NCBI GenBank assembly: GCA_963718525.1
Contig: OY970355.1
Location: 3,040,001 to 3,104,000 of the forward strand
Length of the DNA: 64,000 nucleotides
Direction: 5' to 3'
Origin: Candidatus Dormiibacterota bacterium
GTDB taxonomy: Bacteria; Chloroflexota; Dormibacteria; Aeolococcales; Aeolococcaceae
The translations under genes were made by a program, and so were the position numbers. The notes beneath the pieces are model-generated. The model was not told the origin of the DNA, searched no databases, and saw nothing but the letters and a program-made list of their open reading frames with translations. Of this stretch, positions 46,176 to 57,600 are shown one piece after another (position 1 is the first letter of the stretch; the number at the start of each line of letters is the position of its first letter).

Positions 46176-47657
46176 TCACCTCTTTCCAGACCGGCCGGTC
46201 GCCGCCTGGCCGTTCGACACTGCGGATTGTCTGCGCCCCGCTCTGAGCGCATGCTTCCCCGGGCGCATGCCGGCATCCCGCGTGCCGCCGGCAGCAACGA
46301 CGAGGTCGCGCATCCCCGCCTCGATGCCGTCGCGAAGGACATCGATATCTGCGACGGTGTCGTAGTCGCCCGTGATTCCGAAGAAGAGCCTGCCGCAGTA
46401 CGAGAAGATCGCAATGCTGATCCGAACGCTCCCCATGATTGGCACGTAGGGGTACGAGTACACCATCCGGCGGCCCACCACGTACAACGGAAACTGGGGG
46501 CCGGGAACATTGGTGGTCACCGTCTGGAGGGCGTGCTGCGGGGTGCGGGCTGCCAGCCGCGCGCCGAGTGACAGCAGCATCGGAGGCGCGAACCCCGCGA
46601 GCTTGACCAGGGCATCGCCGGCGACCGCCTGCTTCAACTCCTTGAGCATCGACAGCTGTGCCGCGATGGCTCTGAGGCGGTCGCCTGGGTCAGCGATCGA
46701 CACCGGGAGCCCCGGGAAGATCCCCGACACGCGGTTGTTGAGGACGCCTCGCTCCGAATCGGGACGTACCGACACGGGGACCAGGGTCCGCACCACGCGA
46801 TTGGTCACGTCCTCGCCGCGATGCAGGAGCAGGCTCCTGAAGCCGGCGGTGATCGCCGCGAGCACGACGTCGTTCACGGTTCCTCCCAGCCCTTGACGCA
46901 CGGTCTTCACCTCGTCGAGACTGGCCTCCGCCCAGCTCCAGCGGCGATGCGGCCCAATCGGCCCGTTGAGTGACGTGGCGGATCGCTTGCTCCACTCGGT
47001 CAGGGAGCGGAACAAGGCGGCGCCCTGCGCAAGGCCGGCTCGCGATCCTGCCACAAGCCCCGGCCCCCTGATGTCACGCAGACGCCCAATCGGTTCGGCG
47101 ATCGTGCAACGGAGGCCGTTGGCGGCGAGCGACAGCGTGCCGGGCTCGGGGTCCGGCGTCCATGCCGCAGCCTGGACCGGCTTCGCCGGCGTGTCGGTAG
47201 CATCGAACGTCACGGTGAGCAGGTCGGTGGCCGAGACCCCGTCCACCATGCAGTGATGGACCTTGGAGATCAATGCCCAGCGGCCCTTCTGCAGTCCTTC
47301 GACCATCCACACCTCCCATAGAGGCTTGCTGCGATCGAGGGCCTGTGCGAAGACGCGCCCGGCAAGGTTGCGCAGCTCGTCCTTGCCACCCGGCGGCGGT
47401 ACGGCCGTGTGGCGTATGTGATACAGGATCTGGAAGTGTGGGTCGTCGACCCACACGGGTCGCCCCACACCACCCGGCACGAAACGCACCTTCTGCCGAT
47501 AGCGCGGTACGAGCAACAACTTGCCGGCGATGAGACGGATCAGGGCTCCATACGCAGGCGCAGGCCCCTCGAGCACGGCGACCGACCCGATGTGCATCGG
47601 GTTGTTGCCGTTCTCGATGTGGAGGAACGCCGCGTCTTGCGCGCTCATCATGTCCAC
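46176..47657 (-). CDS. Wax ester synthase / diacylglycerol acyltransferase
   Basis: DAAFLHIE...PMHIG, LDRSKPLWE, catalytic HHCMVDG, TNVPGP. Confidence 0.95.
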   Translation of the reverse strand: MDMMSAQDAAFLHIENGNNPMHIGSVAVLEGPAPAYGALIRLIAGKLLLVPRYRQKVRFVPGGVGRPVWVDDPHFQILYHIRHTAVPPPGGKDELRNLAGRVFAQALDRSKPLWEVWMVEGLQKGRWALISKVHHCMVDGVSATDLLTVTFDATDTPAKPVQAAAWTPDPEPGTLSLAANGLRCTIAEPIGRLRDIRGPGLVAGSRAGLAQGAALFRSLTEWSKRSATSLNGPIGPHRRWSWAEASLDEVKTVRQGLGGTVNDVVLAAITAGFRSLLLHRGEDVTNRVVRTLVPVSVRPDSERGVLNNRVSGIFPGLPVSIADPGDRLRAIAAQLSMLKELKQAVAGDALVKLAGFAPPMLLSLGARLAARTPQHALQTVTTNVPGPQFPLYVVGRRMVYSYPYVPIMGSVRISIAIFSYCGRLFFGITGDYDTVADIDVLRDGIEAGMRDLVVAAGGTRDAGMRPGKHALRAGRRQSAVSNGQAATGRSGKR

Positions 47658-47854
47658 GTCAGCGACCGCGTGTGGACGCAGGGCTCATATTCGAAGCGTA
47701 CGCTGCTCCTCTCGGCCGGGATGGGACGGGCGCCCGCAGCGCGACGCATGCGGGCTGACAGGAGACGGGCCTGAAACCGAAATATGGCGATTCGCCAACG
47801 GAAAGCGACCGTTCCGTTGTCCGCTGAACCCTCCGAACCCAGCACACTCACCAC

Positions 47855-50368
47855 GTGCCTTCCCGGTCTCCTGATCTGCGTCTCGAGGTGCTCACCCGGC
47901 TCGGACACTCGCTTCCCGGCACGCGAAGCCCCGAAGAGGCCGCGGCCGTGGTTGTGAATGCGCTCGCGCCGCTGGAGCTGGCCGCCACCGTGAGCGGTGT
48001 TGAATCGGACATGGCAGTCGTGCTCGCCGTGAACATCCCGCTCGCGCTCGCCGTCCGGATGTCGTCGCGGCTCGCCTCCACCATGGTGGGCATGCGCATT
48101 CCGCTCGACGGGGTGGAGTCGTTGCGCAAACCCGTCCGGCTCCGCCGTCCGTATCACGGGGCCGCCGACGCTTCCGAGACCCTTCGCCGGCTGACCACGG
48201 ATTCGGCGCTTGCAAAGGCGCTGCCCAATGCGGCTGACGAGCACGAGGTCACGGCATTGCCGGTGATCTGCCGGGACCGGGTGGTCGCTGTGCTGTCGGT
48301 CTGGGGTCCTGGGTGCACCCCCGCGCTGACCCCGATCCTCGAGGTTGTGGCTGCGATGCTCGCCGCCGCATGGTCAGCAGAGGCTCGACCGGCCGTCGAG
48401 CGTTTCGATGCTCCTGGCTCGCCCGGTCGCGACCCCCGGCTTCGCTCCACCATCGGCACGCTGCTGACCAGCGGGACGATCGTCGCGGCTCTCCAGCCGA
48501 TCGTGCGTCTGACCAATGACACGGTGATCGGATACGAGGCGCTCGCCCGCTTCCAACCCAGAGGCCGAATCCGCAGTCCTGACCAGCTCTTCGAGGCCGC
48601 GGCCGCGCTGAACATGCAATCGTCAGTTGACCGCGCCTGCGTGCGTGCTGCGCTGCAGAGCGCATCCGACATCGGTGAAGCCGACCTCTTCGTCAACGTC
48701 CTGATCGGAACCCTGGTCGACCAGGGAGGCGTGGCCGCGCTTGACAAAGCGGTGGAGGAAGCCCGCGTGGATCCCGCCAGCGTCGTGCTCGAATTCAGCG
48801 AGCGCGAGCCGGTCCCCGACCTCGTGCTGCTGCAACGGATCGCGGCCGAGCTGCGCGCACGGGGGTTCCGCATCGCGGTCGACGATGCGGGGGCGGGTCA
48901 CGCGAGCATGCAAGTCATCGCCGAGCTGCGACCCGAGTTCATCAAGGTCGACCGTTCGCTGATCACCGCCATCGACGCCGACCGCGCACGCCGCGCTCTG
49001 GTGGTGGCGCTGCTCTCGTTCAGTGGGCACATCGGCGCGCGCGTCATCGCTGAGGGCATTGAGACGCAGCGTGAGCAGGAGACCCTGCAGTCGCTCGGTG
49101 TGCAATTCGGGCAGGGATGGCTGCTGGGTCGCCCGGTCCTGCCGCACCCACTCAAGGGTGATACGTCGATGGAGGTGGTCGATGCGACCTGGTTCGCCCA
49201 GCGACTGGTTTCGCCGACGCGGGTGGTCACGTCAAGCGCGGAACCGTCAGCCGCAAGCGAGGTCGCCGCAACCTCGACGTCGCGGCCGCGGCGGGGCCTG
49301 GCACGCGCCCTCAGCGATGCCGCCCTCGCGTTGCAGAGCGAGCACGACCCCCTGCGCATTCTCGGAGTCATGGCGGAGCAGATGAGCCGCGTCGTCCCGG
49401 TCACGGAGATGGCCATCTTCGTTGCCGACTACGAGACCTTTCGCCTCGTCCCGCTGCTCGCCACCGGGCCCGATCGCGACGAGATCATGGCTGACAGCAT
49501 GGCGCTCGACGCGGGGATCACCGGCTGGGCGTTCGCGAAAGGCACGCCGCAGAACATCCCCGACACTTCAAGGCATCCGCTCGCTCGACAGATTCCGGGG
49601 ACGTCGTACGTCGAGGAATCATTGCTGCTGGTCCCGCTCGTCGCAACTGAACACAAGCTCGGCATCATCAACTGCTGGCGTCTCGGTATCGACCAGTTCA
49701 GTGCCAGCGAGCTCGAAGCCGCGTCGCTGTTTGCACATGTCGCCGCGTCCGCGTGGCGCAATGCGCAGCTGTACGGGGAGCTCGTCAACGCGGCGATGAC
49801 GGACCCGCTGACCAGCCTGTACAACAGCCGCTGGCTGCGCGACGCGGGCGACCGGGACATCGCCCGCGCCGCGCGCGACTGCAAGCCTCTGTCGCTCCTG
49901 CTCGTCGACCTCGACCACTTCAAGGCGGTGAACGACAGCAGTGGGCATGCGATCGGCGACGTGGTGCTGCAGCGCGTGGCGGCGCATCTGCGCACGACCG
50001 TGCGCGGTGCCGACGCCGTCGTGCGTCTGGGTGGAGAGGAATTCGTCGTACTTCTGCACGAATGCTCCTCGGAAGGCGCATGGATCGCGGCCGAAGCGGT
50101 TCGCGCCGCGGTGCGCGACGTGGTGATGCCCGACGGTTGCAGCCTCGAAGGCCTCACCGCGTCGATCGGGATCTCCACGTACCCAGATCACGGCGTCACG
50201 CTCGATCAACTGCTCAGTTCGGCCGATCGCGCGATGTACTCCGCGAAGCACGAGGGACGGGATCGGTCGGTTCAGGCCACGTCGATCCCCGGCGCAGGCA
50301 AGATCATCACCCTCCCCCGTCGCCGCCCCCCGCGTGCGAGTGCCCCGCACCTCGTCTCAGGAGGTTGA
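47855..50368 (+). CDS. GAF-like-EAL-GAF-GGDEF c-di-GMP enzyme (EAL precedes GGDEF)
   Basis: LQPIV, YEALARF, VDDAGAG, IKVD, AEGIE; central GAF; TDPLTSLYN, DLDHFKAVND, RGAD + GGEEF. Confidence 0.93.
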   Translation: MPSRSPDLRLEVLTRLGHSLPGTRSPEEAAAVVVNALAPLELAATVSGVESDMAVVLAVNIPLALAVRMSSRLASTMVGMRIPLDGVESLRKPVRLRRPYHGAADASETLRRLTTDSALAKALPNAADEHEVTALPVICRDRVVAVLSVWGPGCTPALTPILEVVAAMLAAAWSAEARPAVERFDAPGSPGRDPRLRSTIGTLLTSGTIVAALQPIVRLTNDTVIGYEALARFQPRGRIRSPDQLFEAAAALNMQSSVDRACVRAALQSASDIGEADLFVNVLIGTLVDQGGVAALDKAVEEARVDPASVVLEFSEREPVPDLVLLQRIAAELRARGFRIAVDDAGAGHASMQVIAELRPEFIKVDRSLITAIDADRARRALVVALLSFSGHIGARVIAEGIETQREQETLQSLGVQFGQGWLLGRPVLPHPLKGDTSMEVVDATWFAQRLVSPTRVVTSSAEPSAASEVAATSTSRPRRGLARALSDAALALQSEHDPLRILGVMAEQMSRVVPVTEMAIFVADYETFRLVPLLATGPDRDEIMADSMALDAGITGWAFAKGTPQNIPDTSRHPLARQIPGTSYVEESLLLVPLVATEHKLGIINCWRLGIDQFSASELEAASLFAHVAASAWRNAQLYGELVNAAMTDPLTSLYNSRWLRDAGDRDIARAARDCKPLSLLLVDLDHFKAVNDSSGHAIGDVVLQRVAAHLRTTVRGADAVVRLGGEEFVVLLHECSSEGAWIAAEAVRAAVRDVVMPDGCSLEGLTASIGISTYPDHGVTLDQLLSSADRAMYSAKHEGRDRSVQATSIPGAGKIITLPRRRPPRASAPHLVSGG

Positions 50369-50375
50369 GCGAGCT

Positions 50376-51137
50376 TTAGGCAACGTCACGGCGGGTGGTG
50401 AGCACCCACCCGCACACGGCGAAGAACAGTCCCCAGCCGAGCAGCACCAGGCCGCCCTGAACAGCGTCGAGGTGGGTGAGATTCCCGCGGCTGGCGCCGG
50501 TGATCGCCGCCCCAGCCGCTCCAGGGAGGTACGCGTATGCGTTCTGGATCACCGGGATGATGCTGACGAGCGGCTCCAGCACGAACAGGTAGACCAGCGC
50601 ACCGATGACTGCCGCGATCTGATTGCGCACGAGCACTCCGACGCCCACGCCGACAACCGCGAAGATGGCGATCACCACGAGGTCGCCGACCATCGAGAGC
50701 AGGACGCCGTTGTTGATCCAGCCGATCGTGACGTGCAGCGCAGCGAACCAGGGCGCCATGATCGCGGCGGTCAGCGCCGCGCACGCGAGTCCGTAGATGA
50801 TGCCGACGACAGCGGCGACGATCAGCTTCGCCACGATGACCCGGCCGCGTCGCGGCTCGATGAGGAATGTCGGCCGGGACGTGTAATGGCGGTACTCGGT
50901 GGTGATCAGAATGATCCCGACGACAACGGAGAACAGATAGGCGCTGCCGGCGGACGCGGTGATCGATCGTTGGGTTGCCGGGTCGCTGAGCGGCAGCGCG
51001 ATGTTGCCGCGAGCGCCGTTGCTGGCGATCTGCGCCACGACGCCGAGTGCGGCGAGCGCGAGGGCTCCGAGGAGCATTCCCCACCCGAGCTTGATGGTGG
51101 TCACCTTTCGCCACTCGGCGCGAAGGAGATTGATCAC
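50376..51137 (-). CDS. ABC transporter permease
   Basis: LRAEWRK, TTEYRH.T.RPTF..EPRR, TM helices, C-terminal RRDV. Confidence 0.9.
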   Translation of the reverse strand: MINLLRAEWRKVTTIKLGWGMLLGALALAALGVVAQIASNGARGNIALPLSDPATQRSITASAGSAYLFSVVVGIILITTEYRHYTSRPTFLIEPRRGRVIVAKLIVAAVVGIIYGLACAALTAAIMAPWFAALHVTIGWINNGVLLSMVGDLVVIAIFAVVGVGVGVLVRNQIAAVIGALVYLFVLEPLVSIIPVIQNAYAYLPGAAGAAITGASRGNLTHLDAVQGGLVLLGWGLFFAVCGWVLTTRRDVA

Positions 51138-52069
51138 GCGCCCGGTCCCGGTGGGTTGTTCGGCTCGGCGGTCAAGCGCAGGAAGGTCTCCTCCAGGCTC
51201 GAGCTTCCGGCGCGAAGCTCGTGCAGCTCGACGTGTGCCTGCCACGCCGCGCGGCCGACAGCCTCCGGGGTCGCACCGACGACCGCAAGCGATCCATCTG
51301 CTCGCGGCGTGATCTTGACGTTGAGGGGCGCCACGGCCGCCTTGAGTTGATCGGGATTCGGCGTGCGCACCACGACGCCTGCGCTCGCACCTTCGAGGTC
51401 GGCCAGTCTCCCCTCATAGATGAGCCGGCCGCGCGCGATGATCACAACTCGGTCAACCGTCTGCTCGACCTCCGAGAGGACGTGGCTGGAGATCAGCACC
51501 GTCCGCCCATCGACGTCGGCAAAGTGCCGGAGCAGTCCCCGCAACCAGGCGATCCCCTCGGGATCGAGACCGTTGGCGGGTTCGTCGAGAAGCAGCACCC
51601 TGGGATTCCCCAGGAGCGCCGTGGCCAGACCAAGCCGCTGGCGCATACCGAGCGAGAAGCCGTGCACGGCGTACCTGGCGGCCTGGGTGAGCCCGACCAG
51701 CTCGAGCACTTCATCGGCGCGCCGGTCGGGCAGCCCGGCGGCCGCACAGAAGATGCGCAGGTGATTGCGGGCTGACCGGCCCGGATGAAAGCTCGTCGCC
51801 TCCAGCACGGCTCCGACCATCCGTCCCGGCGCCGAGAGGTGCGCGTAGGTGACGCCGCTGATCGTCCCCGTGCCGGAAGTCGGGGCGGCGAGGCCGAGAA
51901 TCATTCGAAGCGTCGTGGTCTTGCCGGCACCGTTCGGTCCGAGAAATCCCGTCACCGACCCCGGCTCCACGCTGAACGACAGATCGTCAACCGCCTTGAT
52001 CTGGCCGAAGACCTTGGTCAGGCCGGCGGCGATGATGCGACCCTCAACACGGGGGGCTTCGCTGCTCAC
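51134..52069 (-). CDS. ABC transporter ATP-binding protein
   Basis: GPNGAGKTT, FSLGMRQRLG, LLDEPANGLDP, SSHVLSE. Confidence 0.95.
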   Translation of the reverse strand: MSSEAPRVEGRIIAAGLTKVFGQIKAVDDLSFSVEPGSVTGFLGPNGAGKTTTLRMILGLAAPTSGTGTISGVTYAHLSAPGRMVGAVLEATSFHPGRSARNHLRIFCAAAGLPDRRADEVLELVGLTQAARYAVHGFSLGMRQRLGLATALLGNPRVLLLDEPANGLDPEGIAWLRGLLRHFADVDGRTVLISSHVLSEVEQTVDRVVIIARGRLIYEGRLADLEGASAGVVVRTPNPDQLKAAVAPLNVKITPRADGSLAVVGATPEAVGRAAWQAHVELHELRAGSSSLEETFLRLTAEPNNPPGPGA

Positions 52070-52404
52070 GCCTTAACGCCAAGGTGTACGAGCGCCCATT
52101 CACCGAGCGCCATCAACGCGGGCCGGAGCGCCTCGCCGCTCGGAGTCAGCCGGTAGAGCGACGCGATCGGCGGGCCCTCGATCACCTCGCGGGTCACGAG
52201 GCCCGCTTCCTTCAGTTCGGTGAGCCGGGCGGACAGCATGCTCTCGGTGATCCCGGGGATCGCCCGGACGATCTCGGCGAAGCGGGAGGGGCGCTCGAGC
52301 AGCACGCCGATCACCAGCCCAGTCCAGCGCTTTCCGAGCACTGCGAACACCGAGGTCAGGGCTTCATCGCAGCGCGGCGCGGAAGTGGCACGACCCGGAT
52401 CCAT
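52066..52404 (-). CDS. HxlR-family winged-helix regulator
   Basis: LGKRWTGLVI, RFAEI, ITESMLSARLTEL, YRLTPSG. TACCAT -10 lies 6 nt upstream (leaderless). Confidence 0.92.
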   Translation of the reverse strand: MDPGRATSAPRCDEALTSVFAVLGKRWTGLVIGVLLERPSRFAEIVRAIPGITESMLSARLTELKEAGLVTREVIEGPPIASLYRLTPSGEALRPALMALGEWALVHLGVKA

Positions 52405-52642
52405 TTCGCGATGGTACCCACGTTGCTCGCTTCGGGTCCTCGCGCTGATGTGGCTCGGGAGCAGTGCACCGGCGTTTCACGACGTCGTCATGTGATTTGC
52501 CGGGCGGATGACCGTGCTGCTACCGATCTGGGCGGCGATGTCGCAGTCGCAAGGGTAAGTGCGCCTGCGTACAGACCAGTTGTTCGGCGTCGACCAACGT
52601 GAGATCGCGAGCCCCTCCCATCCCTTCTTAAGGTGACGCACA

Positions 52643-54610
52643 GTGTCGGTCCATCCTCCTCTCGCGCCGCGCAGGCAGGCAACTCATCACGTCGCCGCTC
52701 GCGGTCTGTCCAGCCGCGAGCGCGAGGTCACGGGACGAGGCGAGCAGCATCCCAGAACGCAGCCTCGCACCGTTTCGGACGATGTGCTCACCGCCGCGTT
52801 GGTGCTGTTCAACGAATCGGATGACCTCGACGCCACGCTCCGGAAAACGCTGAACATGATCACCACCGCTCTCGAGGGGCGCATCGGGGAGATCTGGTTG
52901 CGGGACGGAGCCGCACGAGACGTGGAACTGCGGTACTCGGCATCAGATGGCGCGGAGGATGTCGTTGCCTTTGAAGCACAGGGCAGGGCGATGGGACTGG
53001 GAGCCGGGCCGGCGCTGATCAGTCGAGTCGTCAAGACCGGGCGTGGGTCCGCGAGTACTCTGTTGATCTTGCCTGGAAGTGATGGTCGTGTCGCCGAGGC
53101 GGCCGCGGCCGATATCCACAGCGCCTTGACCTTCCCGATCCGAGGCAAGGACAGCCTCATCGGAGTCATCGCGATCTTCCGCGAGTCAGCGGCTCGTCTT
53201 CACGGCGGTGCACTCGCAGTGATGCCGGCGCTGTGCCATCACCTGGGACGGTTCATAGAACGCGTCCGCGCGGAGCGGGCGATCCATGAAGCCGCGATGG
53301 AACTTGCTGCGCTTGCCTCAACCGATGCGCTCACCGGCCTCAAGAATCGCCGCGAATTCGACCGTGCCCTGCGCACCATTCCGCGCCTGCCGTTTGCCGT
53401 GCTATCGCTTGACGTCGACGGCCTCAAGCACATCAATGATTCCGAGGGTCATGCCGCCGGCGACGCCTTGCTGCGCGTGGTCGGCCATACCCTCGGCTTG
53501 CTGGTGCGAGGGTGGGACGTGATGGCGCGGATCGGGGGCGATGAGTTCGCCGCACTCCTTCCGGAGGTCGGCGTCTTCGGTGCCCAGCTGGTGGCCGAGC
53601 GCATGCGGGTTGCGATGCATTCACTCGTGCTCGCCACTGGTCCAGTGCGGATCACGGTCGGCTGGAGTGCCGCGCCTGCTGGCGCCGACCCGCTGTCGGT
53701 GTGGCAGCGAGCCGACGAGTCCCTCTACCACGCCAAGCGCGCTGGTGGCGATGCGGTTGCCGGCTCGTCGTATGAGCGAGGTGAGGTCGCCGACATCGCC
53801 GGGCGTTCGTACTCCAACGTGGTCGCACAGATCCTCGACGGCGGACCCTTCTCGACCATGTTTCAACCGATCGTGAGTCTCGACGACGGCGCTGTGATGG
53901 GCTACGAAGCACTGGCGCGCCCCGAGGGTTTTGCGGCGATGGACTCCGTGGAGGCGGTCTTCGAGGCGGCTCGCCACGGCGGCCAGATTCGCGACCTCGA
54001 CTGGGTGTGCCGTCGCAGAGCGGTCGACGACGCACGGCAGCTTCCAGGGGACAGCACGCTGTTTCTCAACATCAGTGCCGCCGCCCTCCTTGATCCTGTT
54101 CATCGCGTCGACCAGCTCCTGCTCCTGCTGAACAGCGCCGGGCGGCGGCCGGACAGTGTCGTGCTCGAGATCACTGAACACGAACGGATCCGAGACTACG
54201 ACATCCTGGCCCAGGTCCTGAACGCCTACCGGACCGAGGGGATCCGCTTTGCTCTTGACGATGTCGGCGAGGGCCACTCGACGCTCGAGCTCCTCGCCGC
54301 ATCCGCCAGTGAATTCCTCAAGCTGGGAAGGAGCCTCACCATGACCTCCACGCGGGTGGGCTCGCGGGCGGCGATGGACGCGACCATGGCGTTCGCCCGC
54401 GTCAGCGGTGCGGTGGTTATTGCCGAGGGTGTCGAGAACGAGTTCGTCGCCGATCTGATGAAGGCGAGCGGCATCCGGCTCGGCCAGGGGTTCGGTCTGG
54501 GCAAGCCCACGATGGCCTCGGACATCGAGGATGTCGCCGCGGCACTGGCCGAACGCGCGGCCCTGAGTGCGCTGCGCCCCCGAACGGCCGCCACGAGCGC
54601 ACTCGACTGA
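52643..54610 (+). CDS. GAF-GGDEF-EAL c-di-GMP enzyme
   Basis: TDALTGLKNRR, RGWD + GGDEF, FQPIV, YEALAR, LDDVGEG, AEGVE. Confidence 0.93.
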   Translation: MSVHPPLAPRRQATHHVAARGLSSREREVTGRGEQHPRTQPRTVSDDVLTAALVLFNESDDLDATLRKTLNMITTALEGRIGEIWLRDGAARDVELRYSASDGAEDVVAFEAQGRAMGLGAGPALISRVVKTGRGSASTLLILPGSDGRVAEAAAADIHSALTFPIRGKDSLIGVIAIFRESAARLHGGALAVMPALCHHLGRFIERVRAERAIHEAAMELAALASTDALTGLKNRREFDRALRTIPRLPFAVLSLDVDGLKHINDSEGHAAGDALLRVVGHTLGLLVRGWDVMARIGGDEFAALLPEVGVFGAQLVAERMRVAMHSLVLATGPVRITVGWSAAPAGADPLSVWQRADESLYHAKRAGGDAVAGSSYERGEVADIAGRSYSNVVAQILDGGPFSTMFQPIVSLDDGAVMGYEALARPEGFAAMDSVEAVFEAARHGGQIRDLDWVCRRRAVDDARQLPGDSTLFLNISAAALLDPVHRVDQLLLLLNSAGRRPDSVVLEITEHERIRDYDILAQVLNAYRTEGIRFALDDVGEGHSTLELLAASASEFLKLGRSLTMTSTRVGSRAAMDATMAFARVSGAVVIAEGVENEFVADLMKASGIRLGQGFGLGKPTMASDIEDVAAALAERAALSALRPRTAATSALD

Positions 54611-54625
54611 GGGCGCCGGCCTGCG

Positions 54626-57600
54626 TCAGCCGGCATCCCTGGACGCACCGCTGTTGAGAGCGCCGGCCGGACCGGGCATAAGCTCGTCGCGGAGCGCCGC
54701 ACTCGCCAGAACGAACTCGGCGTCCACGCTGTCGATCATCCGGGCGTCCTCGCCTGCATCGCCTGCCCTCGCGCGGGCCTGCAGCTCGCCGCAACGAGCA
54801 GCGAGCGCGCCGGCGCCGAAGCTGCTTGCGCTTCCCTTGAGACTGTGGGCGAGCTTGACCATTGCCGTGGTATCACCGTTCGCCTGCGCGACGCGGAGGT
54901 TGTCGACGCGCGTCTGGCCGTCCCTGAGGAAGAGGCGCACCAGCTTGTCGAACTCTTCGGTCCCGAGCTCGCGCAGGCCGGTCACGTAGGTCTGATCGAG
55001 CAAACCCGGTAACGCATCACTCGTGAATGGGGTCTGGTCGCGATGGGTGTCAGGATCGGTCCACAGCGTGACCATGGCCGCGAGCTTGTCGGCCTTGACG
55101 GGCTTGCTCAGATACGCATCCATTCCGGCGGCAAGGCACTTGTCCTGGTCACCTGCCATCGCACCCGCGGTCATCGCGATGATGACGGTGTGGCGGTCCG
55201 AGGCCTCGCGCCTGCGTATCTCGCGCGTCGCCTCGAAGCCGTCCATCTCCGGCATCTGGCAGTCCATCAGGACCGCGTCGTACTTGACTCGACCCAGCGC
55301 CGCGAGCGCGCCGATACCGTTGTCGGCGATGTCCACGACGTGGCCCATCTTCTCGAGCATACGAACAGCGACGCGCTGGTTCACGGGGTTGTCGTCCACG
55401 ACGAGGAGCCGCGCACGCGATGCGGAGCTGACCTCGGTGAATGAGTATCGAATGCTGTCGGTGATGACTCGACCGGCCGCCTCGGGATCCGGCGGCGCCA
55501 GCAGCGTGGCCAGGCACTCGTAGAGATCCGTGATCCGTGCGGGCTTGGTCAGGAAGGCACGAACTCCCGCGTCCGCAGCCGCCTGCGTGTCCCCCGGACC
55601 GGAGGACGATGTCAGCAGGATGAGGCCGACGCCGTTGATCGCCGGATCGCGTCCGATACGCATGGCAAGCTCGATCCCGTCCATCTGCGGCATCTGGTAA
55701 TCAAGGATCGCCAGGCGATACGGATCGCCGGCCTCAACGGCGTGCCGGAGGCCCGCCAGTGCATCCGCACCGCTCTCGAAGCTCGCGGATCGCGCCCCCC
55801 ACACCCTGAGGTTCTGTTCGAGAATCACGCGATTCGTCTTGTTGTCGTCGACGACGAGGACGCGGATGTCCTGCAGTGCCGCTCGGGACGGCGCCGGCCG
55901 CTCCTGAGCCCGGGCTCCGGCTTCGAGCGTGAGGGTGAACCAGAAGGTGCTGCCTTTACCTGCCTCACTCACGACGCCGACCTCACCGCCCATCCGTTCG
56001 ACAAGCTTCTTGCAGATTGCCAACCCGAGACCGGTCCCACCGAATCGCCGGGTCGTCGACGCGTCCGCCTGGATGAAGCTCTCGAAGAGACGCCTCTGCT
56101 GGGCGGCATCGATGCCAATCCCGGTGTCGGTCACCTCGAACCGCAGATCGATGGCCTTACCGCGCTCCGCCTCCTTGCGCACCCGGAGGATCACCTCGCC
56201 CGTGTCGGTGAACTTCACCGCGTTGCCCAGCATATTGATGAGAATCTGCCGGATCCGGCCGGGATCGCCTCGAACCCGCATGGACATCTGCGGATCGACC
56301 ATCACAGCGAGCTCGAGATCCTTCGCGTCCGCTTTCGGGGCGATCAACTTTGCTGCCTCTTCCACAACCATGCGGAGGTCGAAGTCGATCACCTCGATGT
56401 CGATCTTGCCCGCCTCGATCTTGGAGAAATCGAGGATGTCGTTGATGACCGTGAGCAGCGACTCCGCCGACTGGCTGATCGCCTCAGCATATTCACGCTG
56501 TTCGGCGTTCATCGTGGTCGTGAACAGCAGGCCGGTCATCCCGATCACGCCGTTCATCGGCGTGCGGATCTCGTGGCTCATGTTCGCGAGAAACTCGGAC
56601 TTCAGGCGCGACGCCTCCATCGCCTGCGCGTGAGCGACCGCGAGATCATCCTCGGTCCGCTTGCGCTCTGTGATGTCATTGAACGTGATCACCGCGCCGG
56701 TCGCCTCTCCCGTTACCGCGGCCTCGTCGACGATCGGGAAAGCGGAGTACTCGGCTGGGAACGAATTTCCGTCGCTCCGCCACATGACCTCCGTTGCGAC
56801 GCGGCAGCTCCCGCCGCCATGCATCGCCTTGTAGATGGGGCTGTCGGTGAACGCGATCGCCGACCCATCCGCTCGGTTGTGGTGAAAGAGCGGATGCGTG
56901 AGCTCTCCCATCACTTTGGAGATGTCAACGCCGAGCGCTCCCGATGCGGCGGTATTCATGAAGGTACAACGACCGTCGGCATCGATCCCATAGATTCCCT
57001 CGCCCGCCAACTCGAGCAGCATGCGGAGGCTGTTGGAGAGGCGCGTCCGCTCCACGTCGGCCGCGAGGTTGTCGCTCCGCAACTGGTCGGAGAGGCTGCT
57101 GAGCCCGACCGCGCCGGCGAGCGGGGGTACGAGAATGCGCGCCCGGTCGGACTCGACGCGAGTGAAGTGCGTCTCTCCCGAGCTGCGCAGCACCATGACG
57201 GCGCCGATACTCTCCCCGCCACTCACCATCGGGATTGCCATGACCGGTCCCGCCCCGGTCAGATCGCGGTACGCGATCGTATCCTTACCCCAGGATTCCG
57301 AGTGCAGGTCACCGATGAAGATCTGGCCGGTATGCACCGCCCGGCGGCTTGGTGAGTCTCCCGCGACGACGGACTCCTCGACGGCCGGGTGTCCATCCAC
57401 GATGCGCAACCCGCTCGGGTCGAGCAGGCTGATGACGATCCGTTCGGCGCCGAGCAACTTTGCCACATGCGCGAGAAGCCCCTTGTCGAGGACCTCGGAC
57501 TGTTCGACGCGCCCACTCAGGCGGTCGACCGTCACGCGCTGCCATGCGGCAAGGAACTGCGCGAGCTCGTCGACCTCGTCTCGGAGTGTGATCCCAGCAG

